From: a bacterium
GTDB taxonomy: Bacteria > Patescibacteriota > Patescibacteriia > JBAXGH01
Assembly (NCBI GenBank): GCA_037139515.1
Contig: JBAXGH010000001.1
Location: forward strand, 16,101-80,100
Length of the DNA: 64,000 nt
Direction: 5' to 3'
The notes beneath the pieces were generated by a model. The model saw nothing but the letters and a program-made list of their open reading frames with translations, did no database searches and was not told the DNA's origin. Of this stretch, positions 20,395-29,458 are shown piece by piece (positions within the stretch are counted from its first letter, which is position 1; the number at the start of each line of letters is the position of its first letter). Position numbers and translations under genes: made by a program.

Positions 20395-22101
20395 TTACCA
20401 GCTCCCTCCCCCTCCGCCACCAAAACCTCCGCCTGAAAATCCGCCCCCGATTCCACTGCCGCCGCTTGAAGCCGATTTTTGAGGTGTTGTCGCAACTGCC
20501 GAATTGAGCGACCGATTAAGATCATGCATCGCCGAATTAAACATCAAATAATCAAAAGCGCCTGGATGTGAACTCTGATACCAATCCTGTGTGCGAATCA
20601 CATCTTTTAGCGCCACCGACCACTTATCCACAACTAAGAAAACCATCGCATAAGGCAAAAACTTCTGAAAAACGTTTTCCGATTCCTGCCACTTCAATCG
20701 ATATTTCTCAGCTCGCGAAAGATATTCCTTGAAACCCATGATTTTTTCGTATTCCCGGGTTCCTGCCTCGGTTCGCTTCGGCATAAAGGTGCCGAATATC
20801 GCGAATATAATCGCCGATATAATCATCGAAATCATCCAGGCGATTGAAATGCCGGAAACAAACCAAATCGCAGCTACAACCAACACGGTCGCAACCACAT
20901 AAAAGAGATTTCTGACGGTTTCCGGATTTCCCACGAACCATTTACGTGAAACCATTTCTTCGTATAAAAACTTCTGCGCTGCCTCTCGCCCAGCCTTTAC
21001 TTCTTTGGCACGCGACTGTAGCTCAGAAATCTCACGCCTCATAGCGCTCCCCATAATGCCCGTGAGCATCGAAGTTTCATGCTGCTTCAAGCCATCAAGC
21101 GGCTTTTCCGTTCTTTCAATCGCAAATGATTTAGATGTTCCAAGAATTCCTTTCTTCTCCGTTTCGATAATCTTCAGGTATCCGCGAACAGCCAAGTCGA
21201 TAATCGTAGCCGATAAGTCCCGGTCATGAACTTTTCCATCTTCAAGTGCACCAACTTCTCCAGGAGTCATCCCCTCCGGCGCCTCAAATTCGGCGACAAT
21301 CGCGAGCGGCTTTGGATCGCGACCATTGCGATACCAATACAGGAACAGAAGAATAAAAATCACGAAAGGCATCGCGACAACCTTATTATCATTAGCAAAC
21401 CAAAACAGACGAGTTAAAATTGACGGCTGTTTGATGCTACCGCTCGGAAAACGTGCCGCGATGGTCAAAAAGTCATTTGCCTCAACTTTCACCACAGCGC
21501 GCCCGTCGATTTCGACCACGGATTTTGTGCAATTAGTTGAAGTCGAGCCGATTTCGCCCGTATAACATGATATTTCCACTTTCGCGGAATCGACGCCAGA
21601 CGGAAGCTTAATCGTAGCAATAGTTTTTTTCGGAATTACCGGCCAACCGCTACCGGTTACGTTCCAATACAGCTCGTCAGTTGCCTTATTTGAGAGCAGA
21701 ACACGGGTAACGTCGTAGGCGATTTCGTATTTCACGACACCTTTCACAAGCTTATTTGCGTCCCCGATTTTGATCACCAAGTCCTCGGACTCACGCGAAG
21801 TTGTATAACCGGTCGGCTCACCATTTGCCGTCACGCTCGCAACTTTTACTTTGATAGAAACGTTATTTCCGGAATCGTTTTTATAATCAACCGGAATCTT
21901 TCGAAAAATTCCGTGACGCCCGACAAAAAATCTAACATCGATGCTTTCTCTGACATGAACCGTGGAATTCGAAAGAACTTCGATATCAGCCGAATATTTT
22001 GATATATCAAAATCATTAATTCCCTCTTCGGTCTGAGCCTGAACAACGATGGGCAAGAAGAGCGAAAGCAGGAGCATGATTCGAGCCGCGATTTTTCGCA
22101 T
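20395..22101 (-). CDS. DUF2207 membrane protein
   Basis: HGIFRKIP, ELYWNVTG, ATIIDLAVRGYL, LPYAM, Gly-rich C-terminus GGGFGGGGGGSW. Confidence 0.9.
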   Translation of the reverse strand: MRKIAARIMLLLSLFLPIVVQAQTEEGINDFDISKYSADIEVLSNSTVHVRESIDVRFFVGRHGIFRKIPVDYKNDSGNNVSIKVKVASVTANGEPTGYTTSRESEDLVIKIGDANKLVKGVVKYEIAYDVTRVLLSNKATDELYWNVTGSGWPVIPKKTIATIKLPSGVDSAKVEISCYTGEIGSTSTNCTKSVVEIDGRAVVKVEANDFLTIAARFPSGSIKQPSILTRLFWFANDNKVVAMPFVIFILLFLYWYRNGRDPKPLAIVAEFEAPEGMTPGEVGALEDGKVHDRDLSATIIDLAVRGYLKIIETEKKGILGTSKSFAIERTEKPLDGLKQHETSMLTGIMGSAMRREISELQSRAKEVKAGREAAQKFLYEEMVSRKWFVGNPETVRNLFYVVATVLVVAAIWFVSGISIAWMISMIISAIIFAIFGTFMPKRTEAGTREYEKIMGFKEYLSRAEKYRLKWQESENVFQKFLPYAMVFLVVDKWSVALKDVIRTQDWYQSSHPGAFDYLMFNSAMHDLNRSLNSAVATTPQKSASSGGSGIGGGFSGGGFGGGGGGSW

Positions 22102-22111
22102 AGTATTACAG

Positions 22112-23209
22112 TTAGCGCATGTAGCGTTTATTGGCATTATGTTCCTCCAGGGTCTTCGCGTACTTTACCTCACCGTCCGGCGTCGTCAAAAAGTACCAGG
22201 CTTCATTTTTACTCGGTTTCAAAGAAGCTAGAATTGAAGCCATTCCCGGGTTCGAAATCGGACCGAGCGGCAACCCTGGGCTTGTATAAGTGTTATATTC
22301 TGATTCCGATGCGCGATCGGTGGCCGTTGTAAAAGGCGTTTCGCCGTTTTTTTGATTTGCATATTTCACTGTCGAATCACATTGCAGCGCCCAGTTGATT
22401 TCATAACGCCGCCAAAGCAAATCCGAAACCTTGGCGCGATCAATATCGCCATTCACCTCGCGTTCAATCACGCTCGCCATCGTCACGATCTGAAAAACCG
22501 ATTTCTTGCTGTCTTTCGCAAGCCGAACCATATCCGAATCAAACTTCCGCGTAAATTCTTTGAGCAACTTTCTGACAACATCGACCGGCTTCGCGTCGTT
22601 CGCAAAGCGATATGTATCCGGGAAAAGATAACCTTCCAAACTCACATAAACCGGTTTATCTGCAAGAATCGGGAACTCTTTTGCCCAATCAATCGACGGC
22701 GCCATATTCGGAAGCTCGCGATAATCCGTAGCCGGACGCCCGGTGAGCTTCAAAAAATCTTCGCGTTTGCCGATTCCGAGTCTCTCAATTTCGTGCCCGA
22801 TATCTTCAAGCGTCCAGCCTTCAATCACGCGTAAAACTTTTTCGGAAGCCTCGGAGCCGGAAGAAATCAGACTCGCGATTTTTGCTGCCCCGCTGCCAAG
22901 TTCAAGCTTGAAACTTCCGGTTTGAAACCGATCGCCGCCACCGTGTAACTTCAAATAAATGCGAAAAGCTAGTTCGCTTTTCACAATGCCTTTTTTGGCA
23001 AGACCTGCCGCCACAACCCGTGCACTTTCACCCTGACTGATTTCGAAATCAACAAAACTTCCGGTACCACGCGCCAGATAAATCACATATAAATACCAAA
23101 TCGCGAAAATCACCGAAATAGCCAAAGCAAAAACGGTACCAATTTTGACGCCAAAAAATTTGGTTCGAGTTTTCAGGGCCTGATATCCGGGACCAAAATC
23201 TTGAATCAT
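22112..23209 (-). CDS. mltG: Endolytic murein transglycosylase MltG
   Basis: EGYLFPDTY, MASVIERE, LQCDST, YNTY...GLPLGPISNPG, YAKTLEEH. Confidence 0.95.
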   Translation of the reverse strand: MIQDFGPGYQALKTRTKFFGVKIGTVFALAISVIFAIWYLYVIYLARGTGSFVDFEISQGESARVVAAGLAKKGIVKSELAFRIYLKLHGGGDRFQTGSFKLELGSGAAKIASLISSGSEASEKVLRVIEGWTLEDIGHEIERLGIGKREDFLKLTGRPATDYRELPNMAPSIDWAKEFPILADKPVYVSLEGYLFPDTYRFANDAKPVDVVRKLLKEFTRKFDSDMVRLAKDSKKSVFQIVTMASVIEREVNGDIDRAKVSDLLWRRYEINWALQCDSTVKYANQKNGETPFTTATDRASESEYNTYTSPGLPLGPISNPGMASILASLKPSKNEAWYFLTTPDGEVKYAKTLEEHNANKRYMR

Positions 23210-23262
23210 TTTATTCTCTATTAGAGCAAATATCCCGCGACTTGTCGCAGCTCGACTATCCC

Positions 23263-23357
23263 GTCATCCCCGAAACTCGAGCACGAGTTATCGGGGACCC
23301 ATGACGAACACTCATACTTGGGTCCCCGATAAAATCTGCTGATTTTTCGGGGATGAC
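23263..23357. repeat. Inverted pair of REP-like palindromes (GTCATC class)
   Basis: gtcatccccga...tcggggaccca / tgggtccccga...tcggggatgac. Confidence 0.75.
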
Positions 23358-23428
23358 GTCTGTAGTAAAAAGCACACCGTGAGAGTGCCTGCTACCCAGC
23401 GGTTTGCTGCGAGGTAGTTCATTAGTTG

Positions 23429-25003
23429 TTAGATAAGTGGTGCTCCGGTCATTTCAACCGGCTGAGTCAGGCCCATGATTCGGAGCACGGTTGGCGCCAC
23501 ATCCGAAAGCATTCCAACCGGCGGAATCAGAGCCAAATCAGTTACAGGACCGTTCGGACCAAACTGACCCTCATATTGTTTACCTACAATAATCAACGGA
23601 ATCGGATTCGTCGAGTGTTCTTTATCGATATCGCCAGTCTGCAAATTCAAGACCTCTTCGGCGTTGCCGTGGTCGGCGGTAATCAAAACCACGCCACCTT
23701 TTGAAAGTACGGCATCAATCACCTTTCCAAGGCATTCATCAACAACTTTCATGGCCGCAATTGTGGCTTTCAAATTTCCGGTATGCGCAACCATGTCGGG
23801 GTTGGCGTAATTCAGTACGATAAAATCGTATTTTTCTTCACGAATTTCCTTAATCACGCGATCGGTCAGTTCATAAGCCGACATTTCAGGTTTTTGATCG
23901 TAACTTGAAACCTTTGGTGAAGGAATAATCGCGCGGTCTTCGCCGGTAAAAGGATCTTCGCGAGTACCGTTGAAAAAGAAAGTCACGTGCGCGTATTTTT
24001 CCGTTTCCGCGATATGGAGCTGTTTCAAACCGGCTTCCGAAATCACGCGCGCAAGCGGCATGACCACGGTTTGCGGAGGAAAAGCTACGGTAAGCGGAAG
24101 TCCGGCTTCGTATTCCATCATCGTGATAAATTTCAGATTCTTGATTTTTTCGCGCTTGAACCCAGGATCTTCATCAAGCACAAAAGCTCGAGCTAGCTCG
24201 CGCGCCCGGTCCGAACGATAATTCCAAAAAATCACAGCATCACCTTCTTCAACAACAGCGACCGGTTTATCGCCATCCATCATCACGGTCGGCGGGATCT
24301 GTTCATCGTAAACTTCTTTAGCATACGAAGCCTTGAGCGCTTCTATCGGATCAGTCGCCTTTTCACCTTTGCCTTCTGTGATACATCGATAAGCCGCCTC
24401 CACGCGGTCAAAACGATTGTCGCGGTCCATGGCAAAATATCGGCCAGCCATAGAAGCTAGCTTGCCGATTTTAATTTCCTTCATTTTCGCGAGCAACGTG
24501 GCTACAAAATCAACACCGCTATTATAAAGAGAATCTCGACCATCAAGAAAAGCGTGGATGTAAACTTTTGATAAACCCTGACGCTTTGCAAAATCAAGAA
24601 GCGCATGAGCGTGAGTATCCATGCCATGAACTTTTCCGGAAGAAAGCAAACCCATCAAATGCAATTTCCCGCCAGTCTTTTTGACATGATTCGCGGCCTC
24701 AATAAAAGCCGGCATTTCAAAAAACCCTCCGGAGTCAATAGCATGAGCTAATCGCGGCAAAGATTGAAACAAAACTGTGCCGGCACCAGCGGTTAAATGC
24801 CCGACTTCCGAGTTCCCCATCTCGCCCCATGAAAGTCCGACTTCTTCGCCGCTCGCCCTGAGCGTCATCGACGGATATTTTTGGATTAGCTCTTTAAAAA
24901 CCGGCGTATCAGCACGCGAAACGCCATTGCCTTCGGTGTCCGGCGCAACTCCAAGTCCATCACACATGATAAGCACGACTGGCTTTGGTCTTTGTTCTGG
25001 CAT
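23429..25003 (-). CDS. gpmI: 2,3-bisphosphoglycerate-independent phosphoglycerate mutase
   Basis: MGNSEVGH, FLDGRD, GRYFAMDRD, AETEKYAHVTFFFNG, NPDMVAHTG, TADHGNAE. Confidence 0.95.
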   Translation of the reverse strand: MPEQRPKPVVLIMCDGLGVAPDTEGNGVSRADTPVFKELIQKYPSMTLRASGEEVGLSWGEMGNSEVGHLTAGAGTVLFQSLPRLAHAIDSGGFFEMPAFIEAANHVKKTGGKLHLMGLLSSGKVHGMDTHAHALLDFAKRQGLSKVYIHAFLDGRDSLYNSGVDFVATLLAKMKEIKIGKLASMAGRYFAMDRDNRFDRVEAAYRCITEGKGEKATDPIEALKASYAKEVYDEQIPPTVMMDGDKPVAVVEEGDAVIFWNYRSDRARELARAFVLDEDPGFKREKIKNLKFITMMEYEAGLPLTVAFPPQTVVMPLARVISEAGLKQLHIAETEKYAHVTFFFNGTREDPFTGEDRAIIPSPKVSSYDQKPEMSAYELTDRVIKEIREEKYDFIVLNYANPDMVAHTGNLKATIAAMKVVDECLGKVIDAVLSKGGVVLITADHGNAEEVLNLQTGDIDKEHSTNPIPLIIVGKQYEGQFGPNGPVTDLALIPPVGMLSDVAPTVLRIMGLTQPVEMTGAPLI

Positions 25004-25046
25004 AATGTGGGTAGTGTAACAAAAAGACACGATTAAGTCTGTTTCA

Positions 25047-26078
25047 TTACGATGACCAACAGATAGGAGTAAAACTCGCGATAAGTTTACTCGCATTTCC
25101 GTGTGAGCACAGCCCTAAATACGAAGTTGTTCTTTCTTTAGAAGATTCTTCTAGTAATCTTCGCATCATTCGTTTTTTTGTCGCGGTTCGTAGAATCCGA
25201 TGATCCGAAAAATGCACCCAGCCAAGAAAATCAACCCCCGAAGCCAACGTTTCGATAAACACTTTATCAGGGTGCAGCTGCAACTTTAATCGTCGGCACA
25301 AAAAGTCATCAATCACAGGTAGTAGACATTCAAGATATTGTTTTTCGTGATGCAAAAATACAAAGTCATCCGCATAACGCAGATAATACTTTACCCGTAA
25401 TTCGTGTTTTACAAATTGATCAAATTCATTCATGTACGCATTCGCGAGCAGCTGCGAGGTCAAATTCCCGAGCGGCAGACCAATTCCCCCGTCATTCCCG
25501 CGAAGGCGGGAATCCATTTTAGGGTAACTTGTCACAATAGTCCTAAGGAGATCAAAGATTCGTTCATCAAAAATATAGCGACGTAAAATTCCAAGTAATG
25601 TATTTTGATCAATCGAGGCAAAGAATTTTCGTATATCGCATTTTAAAACCCAACAGGTTCGACGATGATTCAAACTCACTTTCCGCGCAAAATCACGAAA
25701 ACGATTCATGGCCGCGTGCGTTCCCTTCCAATTTCGGCAAGAAAAAGAATCCGCAACAAAGCGCTGGTCGAAAAACGTATACAATTTGCGATATAATGCG
25801 TGATGTAAAACCCGGTCACGAACCGAAGCCTTGTGAATATGACGCCGCTTTGGGTCGTTCACGAAAAAGTCTTGATATATTCCATGACGATATTTAGCTA
25901 CACTTAGTTCCTCATGAAGTGCTAAAATATTGTCTACAAGATGCCGTTCATATTCCAACACATCAGGCTTGCCGTGTTTCCCACAAGAAAATTCGCGCCA
26001 TGCTTCAAATAAATTTTCTAACGAAATAATTTCTTCAAAACTACGTTTAAAGCACCCAATATGGTTACCCCCCCCCAA
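25047..26078 (-). CDS. DGR reverse transcriptase
   Basis: PKRR, RDRVLHHA, LKCDIRKFFASI, GLPLGNLTSQ (SQ typical of DGR RTs), YLRYADDF, DFLG; no maturase or endonuclease domain; adjacent TR/VR. Confidence 0.93.
   Translation of the reverse strand: MGGGNHIGCFKRSFEEIISLENLFEAWREFSCGKHGKPDVLEYERHLVDNILALHEELSVAKYRHGIYQDFFVNDPKRRHIHKASVRDRVLHHALYRKLYTFFDQRFVADSFSCRNWKGTHAAMNRFRDFARKVSLNHRRTCWVLKCDIRKFFASIDQNTLLGILRRYIFDERIFDLLRTIVTSYPKMDSRLRGNDGGIGLPLGNLTSQLLANAYMNEFDQFVKHELRVKYYLRYADDFVFLHHEKQYLECLLPVIDDFLCRRLKLQLHPDKVFIETLASGVDFLGWVHFSDHRILRTATKKRMMRRLLEESSKERTTSYLGLCSHGNASKLIASFTPICWSS
25491..25516. repeat. REP-like palindrome in frame inside RT
   Basis: gtcattcccgcgaaggcgggaatcca; near-identical to 52845-52870; read as MDSRLRGND in RT. 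Confidence 0.8.
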
Positions 26079-26436
26079 CGGGCTGAATGAACTCCCAATC
26101 CTTAAAAAGCTGACCGATGCCTACAAACTCTGGCACACGGCCTTTCGGCATCTGCCGAGACTTTCCCGCTTTACGCTTGGGGCTAAGGTCGACGCGATTT
26201 TTTGTGAAGTAATTGAGCATATTTTAACAGCAGGCTATGCAGCTCGAGAGAACAAGATTCTTTGGCTGCAAAGAGCCAGTATCAAACTCGATTCGTTAAA
26301 ATATTTTTTAAAATTAGCCTGGGAGCTGAAAGCACTTAACACTGGCTGTTTTTCCGAAATCTCACACAAACTGGTCGAAGTCGGAAAAGATTTGGGCGGT
26401 TGGCTGAAAGATCTTAAAAAGCAAACTCCCACATAG
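26061..26436 (+). CDS. avd: Avd-like four-helix-bundle DGR accessory protein (start uncertain; ATG 26061 is out of frame across a C9 tract)
   Basis: LPILKK..AYKLW, LPRLSRFTLG, L..AS.KLD.LK..L.LAWEL, EVGKDLGGW; lies between RT and TR. Confidence 0.85.
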
Positions 26437-26448
26437 GCGAGAGTTTGC
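26416..26448 (-). terminator. Hairpin plus U-run directly after TR
   Basis: Minus-strand gcaaactctcgc-ctat-gtgggagtttgc followed by TTTTT; inner pairs need G-U, which works on the minus strand. Confidence 0.6.
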
Positions 26449-26462
26449 AAGCAAGAAGAAAG

Positions 26463-26604
26463 TTGCGCACGGCCAGGAACCGATTGTCGGGATCCCACTG
26501 ATTACCGGGATTATCCCAGTTCAGGTTCAACTTACGCTTACCGGAATTCTCGTTCAAATACGGAACCTTACGATTACCGTCTGAATTCACGAAGTCCGAG
26601 CCGA
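26463..26604 (-). repeat. DGR template repeat (TR)
   Basis: 142-nt ungapped match to 27003-27144 (offset 540); 20 mismatches, 17 at TR adenines; AAY-rich. Confidence 0.95.
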
Positions 26605-26836
26605 TGTGTGCGTAATGCCGTCCGCTTCACCGCTTCCCGATTTCTCAAAAAGCTGTATCGCATTTGGTATCTTTGAATACCCTAGCATCACGCACCAAGT
26701 TTCTTCATACCAGGGACAAATCGAGAGCGCACTCACACAAAGCTTGCCTTGCATGATTCCGGCATACCGATAAATCCAGAGTTCGGCCGCCCACAGCCAT
26801 AGCGGTGGGAAACATATCGCCTAGACTCCGGTTAAC

Positions 26837-26845
26837 ATTATAACA
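26837..26845 (-). promoter_or_regulatory. Extended -10 promoter likely driving TR RNA
   Basis: Minus-strand TGtTATAAT about 230 nt upstream of TR. Confidence 0.55.
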
Positions 26846-26851
26846 CCCAGT

Positions 26852-26917
26852 ACCCGACTAATAAGAATCAAAGTAGGAGGGCTAAGCACCCGACCTCCAA
26901 AAATCAAAGTAGGAGGG
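26852..26917. repeat. Two-copy direct repeat with 36-nt period
   Basis: acccgac-N7-aatcaaagtaggaggg at 26852-26881 and 26888-26917. Confidence 0.8.
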
Positions 26918-26998
26918 TGTAAAAAAATTCGGATGGCCGAGTGTCCTAGGGCCTAAGAACCGGGAACAGAGTACCCAGGGACCAAGCGTCCAAGTTCC

Positions 26999-28829
26999 TC
27001 ACTTGCGCACGGCCAGGAACCGATTGTCGGGACCCCACTGACTACCGGGAAAGCCCCAACTCAAGCCCAACTCACGCCTACCGGAATTCTCGTTCAAACA
27101 CGGAACCCCACGACCACCGTCAGAATCCACGAAGTCCGAGCCGAGAGCTACGATCCAAGATTTTCTTTGAAGATCTGGTTTAGCCGCACCCAAGGCCAGT
27201 AATTCTTCAAGAGTCGCTGGGCGCAACCCGAGCGCATCCAGGCGATCTTCTATCTGCTTGGTAGTTAAGGTTTCGCCAAAGGCGACGGCGATAACTTCAA
27301 TTTCTGTTTTTTCTTTTTCCTTGCCAAAAATGTTTTTCAGAGCCGTTTTAGCACTTCGTTTCCGAGGAAAGTTCTTTTCATTGATATCGCCGTTTTTCCA
27401 GTCGTACTTCCCGGCCGCGATCATTTGTTCCAAGCTCTGACCATAATCAACTTCAACTTTTTCTTTAATTACTTTTTGATCTGGAAAACGAGTGAAAATA
27501 TTCTCGATATGAAGCTTAAAGATTCCCGGAAAAAGCGGGCCGATATAGGCTTTGATGTCAGGTCTGATTTCTTTCTCGCTTGTCGCGATTTGATCCAGGC
27601 GACAATCTAAAACAATCAGCGCGTCTTCTTTTAGATTGCGAGTTTCACGAATCTTGGCCACTCGCGGGTCGTTACCGCGACCAAAACCTTGAATCGGCGC
27701 TTCGATTTCATACAAGAAGATAAGCTCGTCTTTTGTGAGCAGTTCTTTTCTATTTATCTTTCGTTCGATGGCTGTGACTCGCTTCATGTCTGCGGACTGT
27801 TTCGCGTATTTTTCACCGTTCGGATATTCCTTTAGTTTTTTTCGCGAGCACATCGGCGATATAAGCATCAGTATTCTGGTTCGTACCGATGCCTCGGACT
27901 TCATTAAGATTGCCTTCGACAACATGAAGAGCGGCGCGCGGAATTTTCGGAGTTCCATCTTGATCCATGGAATAGTAGATGGTTAGGTCGCCACTCGAAA
28001 GATAGCTTTTAGCCGTGGCATCACCCGCGATACACAGATTGGTATTGAATCCCTTCAAAGTTTCGGTGAGCTTAGTTTCATCAGAACCTTTCCGGTATGT
28101 TTTCCAAACTCCGCGAGTTTCTTTAAGCTGTTTTTCATCGAGTGGTACGAGCGAACGCAAAGTTTCGGCATATAAAATCGGGAATTTATAGCCTTTGGTT
28201 CTTTCTTTCTCTTGCTGATTCCCGGCATTGATACGGTCAAGCACCATGGCGAGCGCTTGGCTATTGAGTTCCGGATACGGTGCCGTGGTGCCTGGTTTGC
28301 GACCGGAATACTTGTTGGTTATGCGATCATAGCTTCCGGTCTGCAAAACTTCGCGAATCACATAGTATTTGAACCAATCCGGATAAGCGGCTTCGCCGGA
28401 GACGAGATAATCAATCCAAGCGTCGAGCGACTGGCGCTGATCTTCTATGACGGTTTCAGCTAGGCGATGCTTGGTTTCTTGTTTTACTCTTTCCGGAGCG
28501 CGTTCATAATCATCCATCTCACCACGTTCACGAAACATCTCTTCTTGATGTTTCCAATAGCTTTCTGGAATATCTGCGGCTTTGATGACGTATTTTTCGT
28601 GAAATCTAGTGCGCAATAATTCGATATTTCTTTCGCGTTTGCGTTCGTCAAGCTTTCCTTCTTTGTTTTTCGGATGCAAAACCGCATCAATGCGCTCGAA
28701 ATAATTGCCTACGAGCTTTTCTTTCGGCACAGCTTCCCCGGTTTCGGTCTGCGTACGACTAGCCGCGCGCAAAACCGGCTTCGAGCCAGGCAAGTCAGAG
28801 TATTTTTGAGAGATAATATCGTTTTCCAT
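26999..28829 (-). CDS. DGR target protein (CLec-like C-terminus), split by a frameshift at an A7 tract (27836-27842)
   Basis: ORFs 27813-28829 and 26999-27958 overlap; removing one A joins ...YIADVLAKK to LKEYPNGEKY...; ends in VR. Confidence 0.8.
27003..27144 (-). repeat. DGR variable repeat (VR) at the 3' end of the target gene
   Basis: Encodes GSDFVDSDGGRGVPCLNENSGRRELGLSWGFPGSQWGPDNRFLAVR; the TR equivalent reads GSDFVNSDGNRKVPYLNENSGKRKLNLNWDNPGNQWDPDNRFLAVR. Confidence 0.95.
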
Positions 28830-28871
28830 AATACGGGCATTATAACAAAAAACCGCCATGGCGTGGCAGTC

Positions 28872-29105
28872 TTAATTGTTTCGTTCCAGGAATTTGAGTA
28901 GTGTCTCTTTTTTCAGACCAAGCGTACGAAGGTTATTCATCACTATGAAAGGCGGCAATGGATCATATTCAGGAATCACAATCAGCCTTAACGCACCAGC
29001 CTTTTTATAAATCCGATGATCACCTTTCATGCGATCAAATTCACAACCAACAGAAATAACAAATTTTACAAAAATCTTCCAGTCCACGGCCCCAAAATCC
29101 CCCAT
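28872..29105 (-). CDS. hicA: HicA-family toxin
   Basis: 77 aa; G..F.R.KGDH.IY.K...IVIP. Confidence 0.85.
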   Translation of the reverse strand: MGDFGAVDWKIFVKFVISVGCEFDRMKGDHRIYKKAGALRLIVIPEYDPLPPFIVMNNLRTLGLKKETLLKFLERNN

Positions 29106-29110
29106 ATTTT

Positions 29111-29398
29111 TTATACAGAAGCTAAAATATCCATTCGCATCATTGAGTGGTTCACCACCTCTGGTGGGACCATAATTTTTTTAACTTTCTTCCAACCAAG
29201 ATCCTTCAATACCTGCTCTAGTGTTCCCATTCGAATGTGCTCCTCAAAAAAGATATCAACAATCTCGTGCCACATACGCTTGGCGTCTTCCTCGCTATTC
29301 CCACAAGTCGACAAATCTAAAGCCGGCGAATACGCAACATATGCGTTGCCTTCCTTAAAGATTGTAACAGGCAGCTTAACGGAAAAAACGTTTTTCAT
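29111..29398 (-). CDS. hicB: HicB-like antitoxin
   Basis: KEGNAYVAYSPALDLSTCGNSEEDAK; directly upstream of hicA. Confidence 0.8.
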   Translation of the reverse strand: MKNVFSVKLPVTIFKEGNAYVAYSPALDLSTCGNSEEDAKRMWHEIVDIFFEEHIRMGTLEQVLKDLGWKKVKKIMVPPEVVNHSMMRMDILASV

Positions 29399-29458
29399 AA
29401 CGCCGTCATATTAACAAAAACTATGTTAAAACACAATGCATTGATTAAATTCGCCCTT

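Noticed and set aside
25930-26060. Long N-terminal extension of Avd from TTG 25930
   Set aside because: Overlaps conserved RT coding sequence in antisense and does not resemble Avd; kept only as a remote alternative start.
25047-26078. RT as group II intron or retron
   Set aside because: Short RT without maturase or endonuclease domain, no VTG retron motif, and a clear TR/VR pair and Avd-like gene adjacent.
26235-26498. 87-aa minus-strand ORF spanning the TR end
   Set aside because: Shadow of TR and antisense avd with no recognisable protein features.
26852-26917. 36-nt-period repeat as a CRISPR array
   Set aside because: Only two partial copies, no spacer-sized unique segments, and no cas genes in the window.
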